Source: Candidatus Limnocylindria bacterium (GTDB lineage Bacteria; Chloroflexota; Limnocylindria; QHBO01). From it: 64,000 nucleotides of DNA. The notes under the pieces were generated by a model. The model had not been told where the DNA came from, made no database searches, and saw only the letters and a list, made by a program, of their open reading frames with translations. The position numbers were made by a program, and so were the translations under genes. Positions 53,634-60,512 of this stretch are shown here, piece by piece. The stretch spans positions 1,985-65,984 of the forward strand of contig DASVDT010000011.1 of assembly GCA_036380955.1 (NCBI GenBank). The letters are read 5' to 3'. Position 1 is the first letter of the stretch. Every line of letters begins with the position of its first letter.

Positions 53634-54101
53634 GTGCATCTGCCGCCATTCGAACGGCTCGTCGACGCTCACGCGGCGGAGCTGCATCGGTTTCTGACCG
53701 GCCTCGTCGGTCCGACCGAGGCGGAGGATTGCCTGCAGGAGACCTTCATGTCCGCGTTGCGTGCCTATCCGCGACTTCGCCACGGCGACAATCTGCGTGC
53801 CTGGCTGTACACCATCGCCCAGCGCAAGGCGACCGATGCGGTCCGTCGCTCGTCGCGGCGGCCGGCGCGCGACCTGGATGGCGTCGAGCCGGTGGCGCCA
53901 TCGGGGCCGGAATCAGCCGATGACGGGCTGTGGTTCAGCGTCCGTGCCCTGCCGGCAAAGCAGCGTGCGGCGATCGTCCACCGGTTCGTCCTCGACCTGG
54001 CCTACGCGGAGATCGGCGCACGGATGGGCATCAGCGAGGAGGCCGCCAGGCAGAACGTGAGCGCCGGGCTGCGCAGGCTGCGCCGGGAGGTGACGCCATG
54101 A
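53634..54101 (+). CDS. ECF-type RNA polymerase sigma factor
   Basis: Region 2 (AEDCLQETFMSALRAY ... LRAWLYTIAQRKA) and region 4 (LAYAEIGARMGISEEAARQNVSAGLRRL). Confidence 0.8.
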   Translation: MHLPPFERLVDAHAAELHRFLTGLVGPTEAEDCLQETFMSALRAYPRLRHGDNLRAWLYTIAQRKATDAVRRSSRRPARDLDGVEPVAPSGPESADDGLWFSVRALPAKQRAAIVHRFVLDLAYAEIGARMGISEEAARQNVSAGLRRLRREVTP

Positions 54102-54739
54102 CCGATGAGCTCGAGCGGCGTCTGGCCGGCGCCAAGGTCCCCCCGCTGGACCTCGACGACCTGCGGCGGCGGCTGGCTCGCCGCGCCGGCGACGAAGGCC
54201 TGCTGGACGTGGCCTACGCGACCTACGATTCGCCACTCGGTCCGCTGACCGTCGTGGTCACGGCACGCGGTCTCGTGCGCCTGTCGTACCCGGACGAGCC
54301 GACCGAGGCCGAGCTGGCCGAGATCGCCGAGCGCATCTCGCCCCGCGTGCTGGAGGCGCCCGAGCGAACCGACGAGGTTCGCCGAGAGCTCGACGCCTAT
54401 TTCGCCGGTCGACGCACCACGTTCGACCTGCCGATCGACTGGCGCCTGGTGCGCGGGTTCGCCGGCGAGGTGCTGCGCGCCACGGCGCGCATCCCGTTCG
54501 GGCACGTCTCGACCTATCGGCAGATCGCGACCGAGGCGGGATCGCCCAACGCGTACCGGGCCGCGGGCAATGCGCTGGGCTCGAACCCGGTCCCCATCGT
54601 CGTGCCCTGCCATCGCGTGCTGCACGCCGGTGGCGGGCTGGGCGGCTACACCGGCGGCCTCGACCGCAAGCGCTTCCTGCTGCGCCTCGAGGGCGTGCTC
54701 GACGACGAGGGAACGCGTCGGCCCGTTCCGGCGTCCTGA
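54098..54739 (+). CDS. ogt: Methylated-DNA--protein-cysteine methyltransferase with N-terminal extension
   Basis: Active site IVVPCHRVL and helix-turn-wing YRAAGNALGSNP. ATGA overlap with the sigma-factor stop. Confidence 0.9.
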   Translation: MTDELERRLAGAKVPPLDLDDLRRRLARRAGDEGLLDVAYATYDSPLGPLTVVVTARGLVRLSYPDEPTEAELAEIAERISPRVLEAPERTDEVRRELDAYFAGRRTTFDLPIDWRLVRGFAGEVLRATARIPFGHVSTYRQIATEAGSPNAYRAAGNALGSNPVPIVVPCHRVLHAGGGLGGYTGGLDRKRFLLRLEGVLDDEGTRRPVPAS

Positions 54740-54769
54740 CGGCGACACGCCCCGCCCGAGGTTCCCCCG

Positions 54770-55153
54770 ATGCGTCCCCTGACGTTCGTGCTCCTGCTTG
54801 CGCTCGCAGCCTGCGCCGCCGATGCCGGCGCGTCCCCACCCTCGAGCGCGGACCGCGGGACCGGTGACCCGGTCCTCGTCATCGTCGAGGGCGAGACCGG
54901 GAACGCGGGCATCAGCGTCGAAGAGGCGATCCGGCACCAGCCGACCGACGACATCGTCGCGGTGACCGGCGCGCTGTTCGTGGCGGCGGACGGGTCGGTC
55001 CTGCTGTGCGACCTCATCGCCGAGTCGTTCCCGCCCCAGTGCGGAGGCGCGAGGATCGCGGTCGAGGGCCTTGATCTCGCCACGGTGGCGCTCGAATCGG
55101 CGAACGGCGTCCGCTGGGCCGAGTCGGTGACCTTGCTGGGCTCCGTCGAGTAG
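54770..55153 (+). CDS. Hypothetical lipoprotein
   Basis: Signal plus lipobox MRPLTFVLLLALAACA. 127 aa with no recognisable domain. Confidence 0.55.
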   Translation: MRPLTFVLLLALAACAADAGASPPSSADRGTGDPVLVIVEGETGNAGISVEEAIRHQPTDDIVAVTGALFVAADGSVLLCDLIAESFPPQCGGARIAVEGLDLATVALESANGVRWAESVTLLGSVE

Positions 55154-55155
55154 GG

Positions 55156-55365
55156 CTGCCGGCCGCTGCTACCGTAGCGGACCCCGAGGTCAGCTTCGCG
55201 ACGGCAGAGGCCATCGGGGCCGCGCAGCAATCGAGCCATCAGCGGGCGCTGGACGGACTCAAGGTGCTGGCGGGCGCCGGCGTCGTGCGCCGGATCACCG
55301 AGGGCGGGTACGACCGCCAGTATGCCGCCGACGAGCTGTTCGACCTCATCGAGGGGACAGCGTGA
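55156..55365 (+). pseudogene. Start-less remnant resembling a C-terminal winged-helix segment (Fic-family/antitoxin-like tail)
   Basis: The frame-1 translation ...VSFATAEAIGAAQQSSHQRALDGLKVLAGAGVVRRITEGGYDRQYAADELFDLIEGTA* has the wHTH tail pattern, but there is no plausible start codon or N-terminal domain. Confidence 0.3.
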
Positions 55366-55513
55366 TGATCGACACCGCGTACGACGGTGAGGTCTTTCGG
55401 CGTCGCCGTCGCCGACCTGATCACCGACATGCTCGGCGAGGAAGTCCTCGTCGTGCTGGACCGCCACCGAGACGCGAGCGCTTGAGACCTCGCGGAGCGA
55501 TAATCAGGTCAAC

Positions 55514-57046
55514 ATGACGCTCACCAAGAAGGGCGAGAGCCGCCCGGCGCCCGCCTCGTGGGGCTTCGGCGCCGGCGACGTGCCGTGGGAGTACGCCCCC
55601 GCGCCCGAGGCGACCGACCACGTCCACATCGAGCCCGAGTACGGGCTGTTCATCGGCAACGAGTTCGGGCCGTCGAAGCCGCGCAAGACGTTCACCGTCA
55701 TCAACCCGGCCACCGAGGAGCCGCTCGCGAAGGTCGCCCACGCCTCGAAGGCGGACGTCGGCCGCGCGGTGAGCACGGCGCGCGAGGCGCATCGGTCCAG
55801 CTGGTCGAAGCTGCCCGGCAGCGAGCGCGCGAAGTACCTCTACCGCATCGCACGCATCCTCCAGGAGCGTTCGCGAGAGTTCGCGGTCGTCGAGAGCATG
55901 AACTCCGGCAAGCCGATCAAGGAGTCGCGCGACGTCGACGTGCCGCTGGCGGCGGCGCACTTCTTCTACTACGCCGGCTGGGCCGACAAGCTCGACTACG
56001 CCTTCCCGCATCGAACGCCTCGATCGCTCGGCGTCGCCGCGCAGGTGATCCCCTGGAACTTCCCGCTGCTGATGCTGGCCTGGAAGATCGCACCGGCCCT
56101 CGCGGCCGGGAACACGGTCGTCCTCAAGCCGGCCAGCACCACGCCCCTGACCGCCTACCTGTTCGCCGATGTCGTGCGCCAGGCGGACCTGCCGCCCGGC
56201 GTCGTCAACATCATCACCGGACCCGGCGAGATCGGCATGGAGCTCGTCACCCATCCCGACGTCGACAAGGTCGCGTTCACCGGCTCGACCGCGGTCGGCA
56301 AGATGATTGCCCGTGCGGTGGCCGGCACCGACAAGAAGGTGACCCTCGAGCTGGGCGGGAAGGCGGCCAACATCGTCTTCGACGACGCTCCACTGGACCA
56401 GGCGATCGAGGGGATCATCAACGGCATCTACTTCAACCAGGGCGAGGTCTGCTGCGCCGGCTCACGCCTGTTCGTGCAGGAGTCGGTCTACGAGCCGCTG
56501 ATCGCCAAGCTCAAGGCTCGCCTCTCGACGCTGCGCGTGGGTGACCCGCTCGACAAGAACACCGATGTCGGCGCCATCAACTCGGCCGGTCAGCTGGCCA
56601 AGGTCCAGGAGCTGGTCGAGTCGGGCATCGAGGAGGGCGCCGAGATCTTCCAGCCCGACTGCGAGCTGCCGGATCGAGGCTTCTTCTTCCGGCCGACGCT
56701 GTTCACCGGGGTCAGCCAGTCGCATCGGATCGCGCAGGAGGAGATCTTCGGCCCGGTGCTGTCCGTGCTCACCTTCCGCACGCCGGAGGAGGCCATCGAG
56801 AAGGCCAACAACACGCCATACGGCCTGTCCGCCGGGGTGTGGACCGAGAAGGGCAGCCGCATCTTCAAGATGGTGGCCGCCATGCGGGCCGGCGTCGTGT
56901 GGGCCAACACCTTCAACCGCTTCGATCCGACGTCGCCGTTCGGCGGCTACAAGGAGTCTGGCTACGGGCGCGAGGGCGGCATCCACGGGCTCGGTGCCTA
57001 CCTCGACATGTCCGGCTCGAATGGCTCGAGCGCGAACGGCCGATGA
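55514..57046 (+). CDS. NAD(P)-dependent aldehyde dehydrogenase
   Basis: Full ALDH motif set: VIPWNFP, VLKPAS, ELGGKA, catalytic EVCCAGSR and EEIFGPV. Confidence 0.95.
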   Translation: MTLTKKGESRPAPASWGFGAGDVPWEYAPAPEATDHVHIEPEYGLFIGNEFGPSKPRKTFTVINPATEEPLAKVAHASKADVGRAVSTAREAHRSSWSKLPGSERAKYLYRIARILQERSREFAVVESMNSGKPIKESRDVDVPLAAAHFFYYAGWADKLDYAFPHRTPRSLGVAAQVIPWNFPLLMLAWKIAPALAAGNTVVLKPASTTPLTAYLFADVVRQADLPPGVVNIITGPGEIGMELVTHPDVDKVAFTGSTAVGKMIARAVAGTDKKVTLELGGKAANIVFDDAPLDQAIEGIINGIYFNQGEVCCAGSRLFVQESVYEPLIAKLKARLSTLRVGDPLDKNTDVGAINSAGQLAKVQELVESGIEEGAEIFQPDCELPDRGFFFRPTLFTGVSQSHRIAQEEIFGPVLSVLTFRTPEEAIEKANNTPYGLSAGVWTEKGSRIFKMVAAMRAGVVWANTFNRFDPTSPFGGYKESGYGREGGIHGLGAYLDMSGSNGSSANGR

Positions 57047-57065
57047 GTCTCGCGGTGGCGGGCTG

Positions 57066-58046
57066 ATGGCGCGCACGAAGACGGCGACCCGGCCCAAGCA
57101 CGCCTCCGTCCTGGACCAGCGCCGCGCACAGCCACTCGCCCGCACGGGGTCCGGCGGTGACGGGCGCGCCGATCGCATCGGCGTACGCAAGACGTACAAG
57201 CTCTACATCGGCGGTGCCTTCCCGCGCACCGAGTCGGGGCGCGCGTACGAGGTCTTCGGTGCCAGGGGCGAGCTGCTGGCCAACGCGAGTCGCGGCACGC
57301 GCAAGGACATCCGCGAGGCGGTGCGCGCGGCGCGCAAGGCGCAGCCGGGATGGTGGTCGAAGACCGCCTACAACCGATCGCAGATCCTCTATCGCATCGC
57401 CGAGCTGATGGAGGGCCGGCGCGACCAGTTCGTCGCCGAGGTCATGAGCGCCGAGGGCCTCGGGCGAGCTCGCGCCTCGCGGCTGGTCGACGCGTCGATC
57501 GACCGCTGGGTCTGGTACGCCGGCTGGGCGGACAAGTTTCCGCAGGTCATCGGTACCGTCAATCCGGTGGCCGGCTCGTACTTCAACTTCTCCGTGCCGG
57601 AGCCGACCGGCGTGGTCGGCGTCATCGCCCCCGAGGAATCGTCCCTGCTCGGCCTCGTGAGCCGGCTGGCACCGGTGATCGTGTCCGGCAACGCGGCCGT
57701 CGTGATCGCCTCGGAGTCGCGGCCGCTGCCGGCCGTGACCTTGACCGAGGTCCTCGCCACGTCCGACGTCCCGGGCGGCGTCGTCAACCTCATCACCGGG
57801 CTGCGGAGCGAGCTCATCGGGCACCTCGCGGGCCACATGGACGTCAACGCGCTCGACGCGTTCGGAACCTCTCGCGACGAGGCCGCGAAGCTCGAGGTGA
57901 TCGCGGTGGAGAACGTGAAGCGTTTCGTGCGACCGCCGCGCGGCGGGCTGGACCGATACGACTGGGCCGCGGAGTCGGCGCAGTCGCCCTATCTGATCGG
58001 CGAGTTCGTCGAGATCAAGACCGTCTGGCACCCGATAGGCAGCTGA
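57066..58046 (+). CDS. Aldehyde-dehydrogenase-like protein lacking the catalytic domain
   Basis: Aligns with the upstream ALDH through the cofactor-binding domain (YRIAELMEGRRDQF, WYAGWADKF, GVVNLITG). It then jumps to the C-terminal strand (EFVEIKTVW). ELGG, the Cys loop and EEIFGP are absent, and PWNFP is replaced by PEESS. Confidence 0.75.
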   Translation: MARTKTATRPKHASVLDQRRAQPLARTGSGGDGRADRIGVRKTYKLYIGGAFPRTESGRAYEVFGARGELLANASRGTRKDIREAVRAARKAQPGWWSKTAYNRSQILYRIAELMEGRRDQFVAEVMSAEGLGRARASRLVDASIDRWVWYAGWADKFPQVIGTVNPVAGSYFNFSVPEPTGVVGVIAPEESSLLGLVSRLAPVIVSGNAAVVIASESRPLPAVTLTEVLATSDVPGGVVNLITGLRSELIGHLAGHMDVNALDAFGTSRDEAAKLEVIAVENVKRFVRPPRGGLDRYDWAAESAQSPYLIGEFVEIKTVWHPIGS

Positions 58047-58198
58047 CCCAGTACCCGGTCGCTCATATATCGAGCAACCGTGCGCGCGGAGCAGGCTTCC
58101 TGTCTGGAACTGCGCGATATGTGACGCTCCGGCGCACGTGAGCCCGGCGCTGCGTGCCTCATTGCCCGATACGTGAGCGTCGCGCGGTGCGACCAGCG

Positions 58199-59191
58199 TT
58201 ACAGCCAGCCGCGCTGCCGGAAGAAGGCGATCATCCCGAACAGGATGATGAGCATGGCGACCAGGATCGCCCAGAACGCCTCCGGGCTGCTCTCCCCGGG
58301 AAAGTGGACGTTCATGCCGAAGATGGACGCCAGGAGCGTCAGCGGCAGGAGGATGACGCTCACCGCGGTGAGGACGCGCAGGCCGTCGTTGAGCCGATGC
58401 GACAGCACCGACTCGTTCGTTCCCTCCAGCCCTTCGACGATCTCCTTGAAGTTCTCGAGCACGTCCCAGATGCGCTCCGACGCATCGGTCAGGTCGTCGA
58501 AGTAGATGTCGAGATCCTCGGTCAGGTAGCGCTGCTTCGCGCGCTCGAGCGAGCGGAAGACGGCGCGCTGCGGCCGGATGACGGCGCGGAAGTTGATGAT
58601 CTCCTGCTTCGCATTGCTGATCTCCCGGACGCTCTCCGAGCTGCGCCCGCCCTCGAAGATGTCGTCCTCGAGGCGACGGAGCTTGCGGCCGAGCTGGCCG
58701 AGCATGGGGAAGCTGGCGTCCACGCATCGGTCGAGGATCTCGTACAGCAGGTAGCCCAAACCCTTGCTCATGAGCTGCTCGCGCACGTCCTCGCGCGTCG
58801 CGACGCGCTCGAAGAGGGAGGGCAGCGGGACGATCTCGTCGTTCGGGAGGGTGATGACGTAATCAGGGCCGACGAAGATGTCGAGCTCGGCGGCGTGCAG
58901 CCGCCCGGTCTCCTTGTCGAAGCGCGGGAACTGCATGACGAGGAACAGGTACTCGTCGTACTCGTCGACCTTCGGCCGTTGGTTGTGGCTGGCGACGTCC
59001 TCGAGGTCGAGCTCGTGGAACGGGAAGTTCTCGGCCAGCCAGAGCCTGTCGGCAAGGCGCGGCTCATCGATGTTGATCCAGCGCAGGGCCCGCGTCTCGA
59101 TGATCTCCGGGCGCGGCTCACCGCGCGGCTCGTCACTGATGATCGGCGAGCCGGGATCGCGAGGACGGCGGAGGCGCGGGAAGGCCTTCAT
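58199..59191 (-). CDS. corA: Magnesium/cobalt transporter CorA
   Basis: Two C-terminal TM helices with the GMN signature (SIFGMNVHFPGE) and a CorA-type cytoplasmic domain. Confidence 0.9.
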   Translation of the reverse strand: MKAFPRLRRPRDPGSPIISDEPRGEPRPEIIETRALRWINIDEPRLADRLWLAENFPFHELDLEDVASHNQRPKVDEYDEYLFLVMQFPRFDKETGRLHAAELDIFVGPDYVITLPNDEIVPLPSLFERVATREDVREQLMSKGLGYLLYEILDRCVDASFPMLGQLGRKLRRLEDDIFEGGRSSESVREISNAKQEIINFRAVIRPQRAVFRSLERAKQRYLTEDLDIYFDDLTDASERIWDVLENFKEIVEGLEGTNESVLSHRLNDGLRVLTAVSVILLPLTLLASIFGMNVHFPGESSPEAFWAILVAMLIILFGMIAFFRQRGWL

Positions 59192-59465
59192 CGGCTGGCT
59201 CGATGTGCTGCGGATCGGCGCACATTCTAGACACCTGCGCCTTCCGGCCAGCGAGGCGCGACGCGGCGCGGGCTGTGGCGGATCCTGCCGTCACCAGATT
59301 CACACCGTGGCGACGGACGGGAAGCCGCTTGGCCGATTCGGATCGATTTGGCGCGCCGTTAGTCCCGTCATTCACACCGGGCGGCGCGTTTCGGGGATCG
59401 CCAGTCCTGCCGATTGCCGCGTGCCCATGCCATGTGAATTTGCCAACCCCGCGGGCCCCTGCCCG

Positions 59466-60065
59466 TCAGGACTGTGACCGGACCTCTCGCGCACGCGCAC
59501 GATGTCGGGCGACCTTCGCCCGGTTGCCGCACGTTCGCATGTCGCACCAGCGGCGCCGCCCGGCGGGGGAGCGGTCGATGAAGCGCCAGCGGCACCCGTC
59601 GTTGGCGCACACGCGCACTCGGCCGAGGTCGTGCTCCGCGAGATAGTGGGCCAGCGAGCCGGCGATCGCGGCGCGCGCCTGGGCGAGCTCGTCGCCAACC
59701 TGCGCGACGGTGAACCGGCTTCCGTGCTCCGTCGGCTTGATCTGGTGGTAGTGGAGGCCGTCGCGCATCGCCGCGTTGAGGCGCTTCAGCTGTCCCGCGG
59801 TGGGTTGCTTGCCATCGGCGATGCGACCGGTCACGTCGTAGAGGACCGCGCGGAGGTCACGGAAGGCCGGAAGGCTTGCGTCGATGGTCGCGAGTGGCTG
59901 GCGCGCGCCACACAGGTTCCGCTCGTACAGCCATGACCGCAATGCGTCCGCGTCGGGCAGGTGCTCCTCCGGCTGGCCATCGGTCAGCTCCCGCGTGTTG
60001 ATGAAGTCGACGAACAGCTCCGCATCGCCCTCGGGCTCGGCGGCCACGTCGTGCAGCTCGCTCAT
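59466..60065 (-). CDS. CGNR zinc-finger / ABATE-domain protein
   Basis: C-terminal CANDGCRWRFIDRSPAGRRRWCDMRTCGNRAKV, the CGNR zinc-ribbon signature. Confidence 0.85.
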   Translation of the reverse strand: MSELHDVAAEPEGDAELFVDFINTRELTDGQPEEHLPDADALRSWLYERNLCGARQPLATIDASLPAFRDLRAVLYDVTGRIADGKQPTAGQLKRLNAAMRDGLHYHQIKPTEHGSRFTVAQVGDELAQARAAIAGSLAHYLAEHDLGRVRVCANDGCRWRFIDRSPAGRRRWCDMRTCGNRAKVARHRARAREVRSQS

Positions 60066-60070
60066 GTCCC

Positions 60071-60154
60071 TGTAACCATATCACAGGCATTGACAAGTTA
60101 CATGCGCTGGCCTACCATCAGATGTAACCGCTAACAGGCGAAGCAACAGTTACC
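60071..60154 (+). promoter_or_regulatory. Two ~32-nt direct repeats, each TGTAAC-N20-GTTAC(A/C), 52 nt apart
   Basis: TGTAAC 60071-60076 with GTTACA 60097-60102, and TGTAAC 60123-60128 with GTTACC 60149-60154. Both gaps are exactly 20 nt and both contain ACAGGC. Confidence 0.6.
60090..60118 (+). promoter_or_regulatory. Sigma-70-like promoter TTGACA-N17-TACCAT
   Basis: Perfect -35 hexamer at 60090-60095, a 17-nt spacer, and TACCAT at 60113-60118. About 50 nt upstream of a small ORF with a GGAGG RBS. Confidence 0.5.
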
Positions 60155-60168
60155 CCGGAGGTCCTGAC

Positions 60169-60282
60169 ATGGAAGTCGCGCTACTGGTCATCGGCCTGGT
60201 GGGCGTCATCGGTCTCGCTGCGCAGCGTTACGGCGTCGACACGCGCCCGCGCATCGGCGACGAGCCGCGACGCTCGATCTGA
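60169..60282 (+). CDS. Candidate 37-aa membrane micro-protein (MEVALLVIGLVGVIGLAAQRYGVDTRPRIGDEPRRSI)
   Basis: GGAGG lies 7 nt upstream of the ATG. One TM helix followed by a basic tail. Below the ORF-track cutoff. Confidence 0.5.
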   Translation: MEVALLVIGLVGVIGLAAQRYGVDTRPRIGDEPRRSI

Positions 60283-60307
60283 ACGGAAGGACGAGAGGAA
60301 CAGAGGC

Positions 60308-60475
60308 ATGGAGCGCCTTCACTATCGATCCACCAGCCTGGTCGACATCCAGGCGGAGCTGCACCAGCAGGAGCTGCTCCGCGACTCGCGGGCCACGCGC
60401 CCGATGGAGCTGAGGCAGCGACGCCGGGCGCTCCCGTTCGCCCTGCGGCTCCTGGGGCGGATCAGCCTGCCCTGA
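60308..60475 (+). CDS. Candidate 55-aa protein (MERLHYRSTSLVDIQAELHQQELLRDSRATRPMELRQRRRALPFALRLLGRISLP)
   Basis: A purine-rich stretch (GAGAGGAACAGAGG) ends 1 nt before the ATG, which is unusually close spacing for an RBS. In the same orientation, 25 nt after the 37-aa ORF. Confidence 0.4.
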   Translation: MERLHYRSTSLVDIQAELHQQELLRDSRATRPMELRQRRRALPFALRLLGRISLP

Positions 60476-60512
60476 CCGGCCCGGCCGCCGATCGGCCGTA
60501 GAATGGCCGGCA

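Noticed and set aside
55365-55517. 50-aa ORF MIDTAYDGEVFRRRRRRPDHRH... overlapping the ALDH start.
   Set aside because: Beyond the first 11 residues the translation is an Arg/Pro-rich low-complexity string. It more likely reflects a frameshifted relic than a functional gene.
59300-59400. Third copy of the ~145-nt repeat element in the corA leader.
   Set aside because: Only short words are shared (GTGAATGACG, GGCGCACATT-like). The arms CATTAGCCGG / CCGGCTAATG and the flanking blocks are absent.
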